A stretch of DNA of 63,062 bases, filler included, from Reticulomyxa filosa (Eukaryota; Protista; Foraminifera), in NCBI GenBank assembly GCA_000512085.1. It is 25 parts of 25 records of this genome, joined end to end, with 100 filler letters (N's around TTAATTAATTAA, not from the genome) between each part and the next. Parts side by side here need not be neighbours in the genome. Positions count along the whole stretch, not along the records: positions 26,827 to 29,841 come from ASPP01027785.1; positions 29,942 to 31,604 come from ASPP01024185.1; positions 31,705 to 33,972 come from ASPP01009794.1; positions 34,073 to 35,444 come from ASPP01046841.1; positions 35,545 to 36,863 come from ASPP01028394.1; positions 36,964 to 38,081 come from ASPP01016425.1; positions 38,182 to 41,440 come from ASPP01023684.1; 18 more parts are not named here. One strand, given 5' to 3'. Below are positions 27,727 to 39,239 of the stretch, piece after piece. The notes beneath the pieces are model-generated. The model saw nothing but the letters and a program-made list of their open reading frames with translations. It made no database searches and was not told the origin of the DNA. The position numbers were made by a program, and so were the translations under genes. Every line of letters begins with the position of its first letter. Position 1 is the first letter of the stretch.

Positions 27727-28253
27727 GTGATTCACACGAGAAGAGGCGTAATGTGCATCGCAAAATAATTCCAATTGCTGATACAAATCGGGACAGTCTT
27801 TGAATATAAGTTTGGCTTGCAAAAGTAAATCTCTCACTGCCAGTCTGCCGATCACATATACACACACACATTGAAAAATTCAACTTTGCTAGTCCTTTAA
27901 TTCTTTTTTTTTTTACAAAAATGTACTCAGCAAAAGTACGCAATTTCGTTTTTTTTTTTTTTTAGTAAAAAATTTGTGTGGAAAGTGAGGGGTCTATTTT
28001 AGGTGGATTTTACATAATGAGACTTTTCTTAGTTAAAGAAAATGAAGAAAAAAGGGAAAACAAAACAAATAAAAAATTGGTGCTTCTCATGTTTGATTGT
28101 TGCTGTACTCAACGTTTTTTCTTTGAATGACCGCATTAAGTCAATAAACTTGCGATAGTTATCACTTTCTTCTGTCGCACCCGGATTATTCAACTTTTCC
28201 CTCACTTTTTGAAGGAAACGCCGCACATCCAAATTAACACTATCCAAGGTCAT
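26900..28253 (-). CDS. PAH (paired amphipathic helix, Sin3-type) domain protein, multi-exon
   Basis: 'DVRRFLQKVREKL...YRKFIDLMRSFKEK' spliced to 'LAVRDLLLQAKLIFKDCPDLYQQLELF' matches the four-helix PAH pattern. Downstream exons are uncertain. Confidence 0.7.
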
Positions 28254-29941
28254 TTTTATGTAGGTACTATTTAACTTTTTTTGTAAAAAAAAAAATAAAG
28301 CAGGTTCTATGAAAATGGTGCACGAGACATTCGAATTTTTTTTTTTTATGTCTCCTTTTTTACTCATTTGAAGACAAAATTTACAAATTGACTCAACACT
28401 TAAATTGTCTCATTATTTAATTTCAATAAAAAAAAACATTGTAATGGTAGAAAAATGGGTTACATGCATGTTAAAAGTTCTGACGAGAAACGAACTGGAA
28501 GGTAAAAAGGGTGTTGTTTATTCAAAAAAAAAAGGCTTTTTTCAAACTAACTGTGAAGTTTTTTTTTTTCAACTGTCGTCAATACATGTTATATTTTTTA
28601 ATTGTCCGATTATAAAACAAAAAGCTTAGTGAGCCAGAATTACTTGAAGAGAAAATTCGAAAAAAATTAACTTAGTTTTGTTATGTCGACAAAGACAAAC
28701 ATCGAACTTGATGCTGCATGTCAGCCTCAATCGACAATCCTGCGAAGATAAAGAAGGATGACATTGTCCAACAAGAATTAGTTTAGCTTTTTGTTATGTT
28801 GATAACGTAAAAAAAAAAAAATAAAATACAAAAACAATAAACAGGAATATAATGAACATGGACAAGTCAAGAAAACAAAAAACACGAACATAATGAATAC
28901 AAACGATGAAACGTATACCATACTAAAGGGTGCACTACCACGAATACGAACACAAAAAAGGATGAAAATGATTAACACGTGCATAAATAAGAAAAGGATC
29001 AATTCGAACGTAAAAACGAACAAGGATAAGGGTATGTATTTATTTTAAAAAATGTTGTTTGTTGTGCTGGCTGGGATGTTGTGCTGGCGTAGGTTGTTGT
29101 GCTGGCCTTGAGTTGGTGCCAGCCTTGGCCTTGAGTTTGTGTTGGCCTTTGAGTCTGTGATTGCCTTTGAGTATGTACTGGCCTTGGAGTTTGTGCTAGC
29201 ATTTAAGTTAGTTTGGCTTTATGTCAATTCTATTGGAGATCATTCATGGGAGAAATTAATTAATGTACCAGCTATTCCATTAGTCGATAATAGCAGCTTT
29301 GTACATGTACAAGATTTAGATTATTTAAAAGAAAATAAAAAGTGTGGAAATTGTGGTAGATCAAGTAAAAAGAAATTAGAGTATATTGTACTAAAAGATT
29401 ATTGTCAAGATCATTTAAAAATGAAAACGAAAAAGAAAAAGAAAAAGTATTTTTTAATACTTAAAAAGTTTTTTACATTTTTTAGTCGTTTTAGCAATTA
29501 ATAGTATTTATTAATCTTTGATGAAGATTTTCAAAAATGAAATATTAAATTTTGAAAGCTGTTTGTCTGAAGTTTGAATATTTTGATGAAATTGAAAAAA
29601 CCTGTGTAATTTCATCATTGATATTTTTTCTATCTTAATTTATTGTAAGTAAAATATCATGTTTGTTTGAGCTTTGTCATAAACCAGATCAATTTCAACA
29701 TATACATATATCAAAGATAATTTCATTTCGAAATGCCAAGACTGGTCTAAATAAATTAATTTTCTGGAGATCAGTTAAACTTTGTGAAAAGATTCTTTCA
29801 CTCTCACACACTTTTGTTCAAAAAGGCGTATAATTTTAAACNNNNNNNNNNNNNNNNNNNNNNNNNNNNNNNNNNNNNNNNNNNNTTAATTAATTAANNN
29901 NNNNNNNNNNNNNNNNNNNNNNNNNNNNNNNNNNNNNNNNN

Positions 29942-29974
<33 letters not shown>

Positions 29975-31260
29975 GCCATTGTCATCTTTGCCTTTGCATC
30001 TTCTTCTCGTTGTCACTGGCAAGCACAAATGCTCAAATGATCTCTTCCGTTTTCTACCCCTTGCTGTTTTTCTATTCCGTTGTTGTTCCTTTGCCGGCAA
30101 CTTATTTCTTTCATTCCCACCCAACAACACAACAACACAACAACAACAACAACAACTTTTTTTTCCATTTTTTTTTGGTAACAAACAAGTCTCACACGTT
30201 CCATTTCAAAAATACATATTTTTATTCATCAATAATAACAATGATATCACTGTGTATGCGTATGTGTATTGTGTATGCACTCAACGGCAATCCAATCACA
30301 TTTCGATTTTCTTTGTCATCAAATTTATCATCTTCAACCGGTCCCTCTTCGCACATTGAATTTTCTGCGGCTTTGGACCAACGTGTGTTTTTTTTTAAAA
30401 AATACTTCAAATGTGTTTGACATATGTTTTGTTATTGATGCTGATGTTGTTTTTTCTCTCTCTCTCTTTCTCTCATTTCAAAGACAAAGTAAACCAATGA
30501 TCGAACACAATACATACACAAAAATATATCGATGGCTCTTTCAACGTCCAATGGCAATCCCACTTTCTTTATTGTCTCCAACACTCTTTTGTTTTGTTTA
30601 TTTACTTTGTTTATTTATTTTTCTCCTTCAATTATTCCCCTTCCCTCTCTCTCTCTCTTCATTCGAAACTGCTCGTCTGCCACATCGGCTTTCAACGACA
30701 ATAACGCTCCTTTCAACTTAAAAAATGCTTCGTCAACCAAACTAAGATCGCTCACTGTTTCCGTTGTTGTGACGTATGTTCACTTGATGAGGCATAGGCA
30801 CAAAGGCACAAAAGAAATGTTACATTCGAACAGATGCTGGATCTCTTTTTTCAATACCCACAGCGTGCACATTCTCCGTTCTGGAATTGCTCAGAAAAAA
30901 AGAAAAGGGAAAAGAGAGAAAAACTCTAAAAGTGGGTAAACAAGAAGTACAGTAATGTTTTGGATAATATATACTTTTTCTTTTGATGTTACACAACGAT
31001 CATTCAACAATCTTTTTCATCTACACTGTATATGCACTTTGTGTTTTTTTAAACTTCAAAGATATGTTACAGTAAAAATTTTGCTAACTAAACAAAAACA
31101 ACAGCAACTCTCAACGAACAAAAATTGCACTACTTTTCCAAAAAACACGAGGAATTTTTTTAGTCAGGCCCCACAGCTGAACTTTTTCTTAATTTTTAAA
31201 TTCAGAATAACAAATTGATTCTAAGAAAAATTAAAAAAGTCAAAAATAATAATCGCAGGA

Positions 31261-31515
31261 ATGAAATTGTTATCCTCCAAAAAAGCGCGAGGTTTTGAAG
31301 TGTTTAACGAGTACTACGCGAAGCAGTTTGGAGAGGAAAGATGGCGAAACCGTTTATTGCCGCAGCTGTGCAGCAAAAATCGAGTGATAGCGTTTGCAAA
31401 CCCATTTTTCACTCGCTTTGTGAGCAAGCCAGAGTACTGGCATCCAAGAGGTCAATGGTGTTCAGAGCCAGATCTTTTTGGATGCATGTATGTCCCTCCA
31501 AAGTTAAATGACAGT
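31261..31515 (+). CDS. First exon of a possible NOL1/NOP2/Sun (NSUN-like) RNA methyltransferase
   Basis: 'FEVFNEYYAKQFGEERW..L..L' resembles NSUN-family N-termini. The contig ends before any catalytic motif. Confidence 0.4.
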
Positions 31516-32599
31516 TGAGTTAGGGTGTATTTTTTTAAATAATTTATTAAATAATGGAAATAAAACGAAGCAAAAAAAAAAAAAAAAAAAAAAAAAAGAA
31601 ATTTNNNNNNNNNNNNNNNNNNNNNNNNNNNNNNNNNNNNNNNNNNNNTTAATTAATTAANNNNNNNNNNNNNNNNNNNNNNNNNNNNNNNNNNNNNNNN
31701 NNNNTGTGGAATGGTCAGGAGGAATTACAGGAGCAATGCTAATGCTCAGCCGAATCCTTTGAGCCTTGTTTTCGAAGTGTTGAAGTCTCAGTGAAATGTT
31801 GAGATTCAATTCACCTCTTTTAACAAATTAAAGCAAACTAAAACAAAAAATAAAATTTAAACACTTATTATTAAAGAAAAGCATATGAATGCTGTTGATA
31901 TTGCCAGTTCGGCTTATTTAATAAAAAAGTTGCTCAATTTTGTTCGACATTCTTTCTTGTTGATATTATTTTGTTTCGATAGTAAAAAAATTCCTTTGAA
32001 AGTATTTTCTTTGTATCTTTGTCTTTGTTTCTGTTTCCGCCACAATCTTGTTGACGACGAAAATCGTTGTTAATAATCGAAGATTAACTTCAAACTTCTT
32101 TCAGATACTGCTAGATGTTGCAGTATCTAGTTATTCTGTGCTTGTCTTCCTTCAAAATATAACTTTTTTTCAAAAGTTTATATCGATGATGAATGATTAA
32201 TTTTTTTTTTCACGATAAATGTGCCTTACAATTCTTTGTTTACAATCTTGATTTTCTGTCCATTCTTGGCATCATTGAAGTTAAATTAACTACTGATCAT
32301 TAACAGCAACGGCAAAATGAACAAACAATGTTGGAAATCTCCAGAAAGTGTATGCATAATACTTTTCTGGAAAGAATTTTGAAATGACTTTGTAGTGTGT
32401 AAAGTTCGTGATGAAAGCGTAGCAAACTACCAAAAAAATAAATTATTTTTAAATTTTTCAGTAATATTGAAAATCTGATTGATTATTTGGTAATTTGAAA
32501 GAGATCACTTTCGATAACATGTAGAAATTTAAGCAAAATTCGTCATAATTTCCTATGTTCATCCCCTAATATTGGTGATTACTTCAATTCAAGCCAAAG

Positions 32600-33500
32600 A
32601 ACTAAAATAGGCAACATCAGTGCTTAAGTTCCTTGGTTTGAAAAACAGCATCAGCTGTCAAGAAGTGCTATTACAATCTCAGACAATTTACGTTCATTTT
32701 ACTGTGATGTAAATGCACAACACCTGCAATACATTCAACAGCAAACAGCAGCCGCTGGATGAAGATGAAAACCAATCGAAAAAACAGCCCACATGCCAAA
32801 TTTATCGAGTTATTCAATTGATCAAGTAAAACAATTCAATAGAGCCAATGATTATGGTGACATTATCCAGACCTGAAGATGTGATGAAGATCTTTCAAGA
32901 CAATGATATCTAGATTTGATATAAAATTGCACAAGCGATTTTATTCGACAAGAATAAGTTAAGGCCCATGTCTCATTTCAAGCAATGTCGAAACTGCTTC
33001 AAATTGAATCATATTACAAAAAAATATCTAAATAAAAGAAAACATGAAGTATTGTGTATTGAAGAATCGCAAAGCATCAAAATATCGACACAAGAATGAT
33101 CCAAGTCGATATCGATGTGTATTGTGCAAGGAGAACCACCCAGGTGATCTTGTGCAATGTGAACTGATTCACAATCAAATTGACTCGAGAGAAAATGCAT
33201 TCTGAAAAAGAAGGCACCACCTTCCCAATCTATTCAAATTAAAAAGAAACCTGACAACAAAGTCGACCAATATTCTTATACTGAAGCAGTTAGTCAGAAC
33301 AAGCATAATCATAATTTGAATCGAAAATCAAAGAATAAAAACAAAAACAAAAACAACAATAAAAGTGTCAAAACACTTCAAGGTTGGCGTGATGACTGTC
33401 CAAAATTGGAAAAGAGTTTCAAACAGACAGGAATATCAACAGAAAGCATAGATTATGAAAAAACCTATTTTGATTGATAGAACGGTCAGTTTGTTGGTAA
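32600..33500 (+). mobile_element. Decayed non-LTR retrotransposon ORF1 (gag-like zinc knuckles)
   Basis: 'FKQCRNCFKLNH' (~32975-33010; CX2CX4H with the last Cys lost) and 'RCVLCKENHP' (~33113-33142), in a region full of stops. Confidence 0.6.
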
Positions 33501-34109
33501 ATGACATACAAAGAGAACTGGAAAAACTGACAGCATATCCTTGCATCACATATAAAAGCTTCTTTAAACACAAGTGTATACGTTTGTTAAATGGATTATT
33601 TTTTCTTTACAGTTTGATAGAAATGTAATAAAAAAATTTTGTTAAAAAAAATGCATACTGTAAAAGCCAGCTAAAAAAATTAAATGTATAACCTTCAAAT
33701 AAATACAAGAGATAAAATAGTACAACATAACAGAAAGAGAGTCTGTGATTTGTTCTACAGTAGGATAAAAAAGAAAGTTGACACCTAAAATGCTACCTTA
33801 TAGAATTATTGTGTTTCTCCATGAAAAAACAACATTTAATCAAAAATTTTTAAAAATATCTACGAATCGCGTAGTTTTTAAATATCATTTTGATTTTTTA
33901 TTAAGTCTTTCCAATTTTTTCAAAAATGTTAATCTTTCATTTACTTTAAAAAAAATTTTTGTGGTTGCCTGANNNNNNNNNNNNNNNNNNNNNNNNNNNN
34001 NNNNNNNNNNNNNNNNTTAATTAATTAANNNNNNNNNNNNNNNNNNNNNNNNNNNNNNNNNNNNNNNNNNNNATTTTCAAATATATTAGATACAGATAAT
34101 AATAATAGG

Positions 34110-34232
34110 TAAATACTGTTTCCATTGACACGTTTTCTTCTAATCATGTGTACAGTATTGATTATCCGACATTCGATTGTGGTTAATTTATTTGTTCTGG
34201 ATCAAATGATAAAACAGTTTGTGTATGGGAAT
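34110..34232 (+). pseudogene. WD40 repeat fragment
   Basis: 'VYSIDYPTFDCG*FICSGSNDKTVCVWE' with an internal stop. Confidence 0.8.
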
Positions 34233-34719
34233 ATTTTGTCTTTGTTCAGCAAGAAATAAAAGTGTTTTTTTTTCCCATTTTGCTTAGTTGTTGGAAAAGA
34301 GAAAAATACTTCTTTTAAAGATTTCAGATTAATAATAGATGAAAAGTCTATCAAATAACAAAATAATATTTTCGAGATGTTTAAGTATTATTTTTTTTCA
34401 TATCAGCTGCAAAAAAAAAAAAAAAGATACTAATGAAATCATTTGTTATCTTTTGGTGGAGAATATATAAACATACATTGATAATGAAATATGCAACAAT
34501 TGGTCTGCTGTTTGTATCTATGATATTACTTTATTCTTTGGTGATATGATTAATTTAATTAATATTTTGTACTATTTTTTTCCTACAAACCAAAAATAAA
34601 TGATCTTTTTTTTGCAGTTGAATATTTATTTTATCTATTCTTCACATACAGTGCTGGCAACTTTCCAAGGCTTTTTAAAATATTCACATGCTTTCTCCTG
34701 CTTCTTCAAATATATGCGC

Positions 34720-35000
34720 TAAGCGCTAATAAGACTTTACAACATTCGTATTTCCAATGCTTTTTGGTGAAGTTCAATTGCTTTTTCATATTGTTTCTGT
34801 TCATAATAGGACTTTGCTAAGTTGTGATAAGAATCTGCAACGTCCTCATGATTTATTCCAAGAGTATCCAATCTGACTTGTAGTGCCTTTTCATATCATT
34901 CAATTGCTATATCGTATTGAGTTTTATTCTCGTAAGACTCTCCTAAGTCTTTGTAAGTCTCAATAAAACCATTATAATCTATTTCAAAAATATCCATTAA
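34720..35000 (-). pseudogene. TPR repeat pseudogene fragment
   Basis: 'YKDLGESYENKTQYDIAIE' then, after a break, 'YEKALQVRLDTLGINHEDVADSYHNLAKSYYEQKQYEKAIELHQKALEIR'. Confidence 0.8.
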
Positions 35001-35544
35001 ATAATGTTTTTCTTAATAATGTATTTACTCAGTGGATTTGTAACTTGTTCTCAGTGACGAGTATGTCTTCTGTCATATTGGAAAAAAATTGTTGAGATTG
35101 TTGTTATTTGCTAATTTCCTTGGTCAAAAAAACTGATATTACAGCGAACAGGGAAAAAAAAACAAGAAGACTGAGTTTAAAGTTGTTCAAAAGCCCCTTT
35201 TTTTTTTCAAAAATTCTTACAAATATTTTGAGAACCCTTCAAATATTGATATTGATATAAAAAAATTGAACTTTCTCTTATCTCAAGCAAAACAAGTTGA
35301 GAGAATGACTACCTCAGAGATATCAACGCAACTGCCACTAGTAAGCTTCATTTTAGCTTGTTTGTCCTTTGGTAATGATTGTATGTAATTTGTGACTGAA
35401 TCAGTTAAAAGAAGAAGATATTCCATTAATTATTCAACATTGGGNNNNNNNNNNNNNNNNNNNNNNNNNNNNNNNNNNNNNNNNNNNNTTAATTAATTAA
35501 NNNNNNNNNNNNNNNNNNNNNNNNNNNNNNNNNNNNNNNNNNNN

Positions 35545-36000
35545 ATTTTTCAAATAGTTCCTCTACATTCACACTTACATGTATTTTTTGTTCTTCACCT
35601 TTTGTATTAAATCCACCAATGACATGAACATTTGTATCATCACTTAAAATTGCAAATGATGAAGAAATTTCCATTGGCAATGTGATTTTGCATTGATTCC
35701 ATGTTTTATCTTTCATTGAATACTTATACACAAGCTTTATTTTTTTGTCCGTAATACTATTCTTTCCACCAAATAAAAATATAAAATCATAAAGATACAC
35801 AGATGAATAAATTGTGAAATCATTCAAAGCAGGACAAATTGGTAATTTTTCATAATAAAATGATTTGTTTTGTTCATCATATTTTATTAATAATCTTGTG
35901 TTATAACAAGATAATATGAAATGATTTATCACTTTTTCATTGTTCATTGTCAATGGCCAAAACAATGATATTGAATTCTAAATTTGTATTCTTCTTTTGG
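35545..36000 (-). pseudogene. Kelch-repeat protein fragment or pseudogene
   Basis: Kelch GG motifs 'IFLFGGKN...VYKYS....W' and 'VHVIGGFN'. The upstream frame is broken. Confidence 0.75.
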
Positions 36001-37020
36001 AATTATATTATTTTTGATTCCATTCAATGGTTTTATTGTTTTCAAATCGTAAGAAGAACTTTAAAAGCATTACTTTTGAGTTGCTCGATCGATATGTAGT
36101 GCCAACTACAGCAAGAGTGTCAAAACTGGATACCAGTTTGTAATGAGTTCTGTTCCTTTTTCATGGGAAAAGAAAATAGGTTTGGAGATAATCTGTAGAT
36201 CAATTTAACTGATCAAAAATCAATTTTTACTAATTGTTAAGATGTACGCAAATAAATTTGATTTTTTCAATGTCGCTTGCTGAAAAAAAGGGATGTTTTT
36301 GAACCAGTTCACTTTTTTTCGTTGTAGAAGAAACTTTTCTACCTTTTGTGTAAGTTGGAAGATTTTTACAACTTTGGCGTGAGCAAGTAGATGCACCACT
36401 GTACAACAACGTTCATCCCTTTCTAAAAAATAAACATTTTTAAACTACTACTTTAGTTGTTTTTGTTTGCGCAACATGATTATCAATTCACCGAGAATTG
36501 TCTATTTTTTTGTTATTTAAAATCATTTAATTGCTTTTTCTTTATAAAACAAAATAACTAAAGGAAAACAATAAATTTTCTGTTCAGAAAACTTGTGCTA
36601 CATTTGAATTCAGTTGATAGTGTATAGCTCCAAATAAGTTGGAGGACAGTATCATATCTTTTTTATGTGTTCGACTTGGTTCATTGAAATAATCATAATC
36701 ATTTATTAATATGAAAAAAAAATTCCCCCAAAATGAACTGACTCAAAAAATTACAATTAAATTTATAAAAAAAAATTTTTCAAAATTTTGCTTAAATGAA
36801 ATATATACATCATTGTGAGTCCAAAAATATATTTTATTTTTAATAAAAGTGAATACAATTAGANNNNNNNNNNNNNNNNNNNNNNNNNNNNNNNNNNNNN
36901 NNNNNNNTTAATTAATTAANNNNNNNNNNNNNNNNNNNNNNNNNNNNNNNNNNNNNNNNNNNNATAAAAAAAAAAAAATTATATGCGTGTTGGGGTGGTT
37001 CCCCCTCCCCCCCCCCCTTA

Positions 37021-38037
37021 GATACAATAGCCAAAGTAGTGCGCCACCCGAAATATTGAACTTGATGGAGACATTGGAGCAACAGCAAGTTGAGCGCGAA
37101 AAAGAGCAGCAGAAGCTACGCAAGATGCAAGAGGAGAATGAGAACAGTTACGAAGGTAATGTATCTGGACTGTATCACGAGACGCCGGGCTCTCCGGAGA
37201 TTAGCACGACGGTGTCGGGGACAAGCAAGCGAGGAGGAGGAGGAGGAGTGGCGGACGTGGAAGCCAATGTCGACGCTGAGCGTGGCGACATGATGAATCT
37301 GAGTTCTGCCAACAATGATGTGTACGTTGTATCAAGTTCCAACTCACAACGGAACAACGGTAGTCACCATCAACAACAGCACAAACATGCAGCCAACGGT
37401 GATGATAATGGTAATGATAATGATAATGATAATAGTAATGGTAATGGTAATGATAATGGTGGTGGTATCAATGAAAATAATGCTAATGTTGAAGGAATCG
37501 ACAAAAAAGAAGCGACTGAAGTCGAAGTGGAAGTCGAAGATGAACTAGACGAAATAGGTGATGACGGTGATGAGGATTTTGATAACAATGAACGTGCAAA
37601 GATAGAAAACGATGAGGATGACAGTGACGATGACTTGTATGCCACCAGAGATACGCATGTATACAACCAAAATGGACCTTTGATCCCCAAAGGCGATCGT
37701 GGCTCCAACAAAGTCTCTGGTGTGGTCGTGCCAGGCTTCGGACGGGCTCTCAGTCCCGACATTGGCGACCTCGCCGCAAACATCCCCAACTTGCCTTCGC
37801 AGTCCGTCGTGCCTGGCTTCGCTCGAGATAGTGATGTCGTCGTCGGTCCCGTCATCGATATCGATCCCGATCCTGAAACGGACTTGTACGAAAAGCCTCC
37901 GCTGTCGACCCAAGGCAGAGAGGCCAAAGACGAGCACAGTGACGACAGTGATGACGCCGCTGATGTTTATGCATCGACCAAACATAATGGCCCCAAGCCA
38001 TCATCTCCGCAAGCCAGTCTAAGTCCAAGTTCCATCG
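37021..38037 (+). CDS. Acidic, disordered hypothetical protein exon (partial)
   Basis: ~1 kb open frame after an AG acceptor at ~37020, with D/E/N-rich content and two VVPGF repeats. Confidence 0.65.
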
Positions 38038-39239
38038 AATTTTTTTTTTTTTTTTTTTTTTTTGAAAAAAAAAAAAAAAGGNNNNNNNNNNNNNNNNNNN
38101 NNNNNNNNNNNNNNNNNNNNNNNNNTTAATTAATTAANNNNNNNNNNNNNNNNNNNNNNNNNNNNNNNNNNNNNNNNNNNNTTTTTTTTTTGGTTGTGTA
38201 TATATCGTCGTACCAGCTTGTCATTAGGGTGATTGCACCCTCTTCCGCTGGTATCTCTTTTTGTTTTGTTTTTTTAAATTTTTCAACTTAAAAACAAAAG
38301 TGGTTTGCTTTTCAACAGCCGTCCACTTTTTTAAAAAAATGTCTTTTTTGTTCGGATGCTGTGCGTCCTTCAATAAAAGGAAAAAGAAATGGGGTAAGGC
38401 CCCCGTCTCCCCAAGGAGAAGTCACAGTTTGTTATATCTATTTTTTTAAATTTTTTTTTGACATAACAATTTTATGTGTTTTTTTGACCACAGCAGCAGC
38501 CCTCTATCTAAAAAAAAAAAATTATACGTGTCCACCCTCCAAAGAAAAATTTCGGGGTTGAAGCTATCCCGTGTTCAAAAAAAATAAAAAGGTTTTTTTT
38601 TTTATTTTTTATTTTTTAATAACGTATACTTGTGTTTGTGAATAGGCATGCCCCCATCCAAAAAAAAATTAAATGTTTGCATCCCTACCCTCAATTTGCA
38701 AAAGAAAAAAAATTTTAGAAAATTAGAATGAGAGCTTTGAGCTCCAAGTCAAAGTATGTGATTTTTTTTAAAAAAATAAAAGAACTTGCTTTATGAATGT
38801 GCAAATGGGAGCAAGATCAAGACAATTGTTGGAAGCTTTTATTTTATTTATTTGAGAGGAAAAAATTGATTTGAAAAGGGTTGGGAAAAGATTGGAAAAA
38901 AATGGGAAAAGAATTGGGAAAAATGGGAAATATGGGAAAAGTGGGGAAAAGATTGGAAAAATATTGGAAAAAAAAGTGAAAAAACCAAGTTGAAAAAATG
39001 TAGAAAAATTTTTAATTGAGAAAAATGAAAAAGAATGAGAAAATGGAAAAAATAAAAATAATTAGAAAATTAAAAAAAATTAGGTTGAAAAAAAAAAATA
39101 AATGGTAATTTGAAAAAAAAAAGGTCAAAAAGAGAAAAATGATAGATAAAAAAAAGAAAAAATGAAAGATAAAAAAAAGAGAAAAAGGGAAAAGGGGTGA
39201 AAATGAAGAATAAGAAAAGGAAAAGAAGAAGAGATACCA

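Noticed and set aside
29090-29205. Degenerate ~18-nt repeat (tggccttgagtttgtg) as a CRISPR-like or regulatory array
   Set aside because: It has no spacers, only a few degenerate copies, and reads as a low-complexity Q/T-rich peptide on the minus strand.
29942-30900. Minus-strand multi-exon gene fragment
   Set aside because: Coding-like patches exist, but I could not derive a consistent splice model or domain, so it is not listed as a feature.
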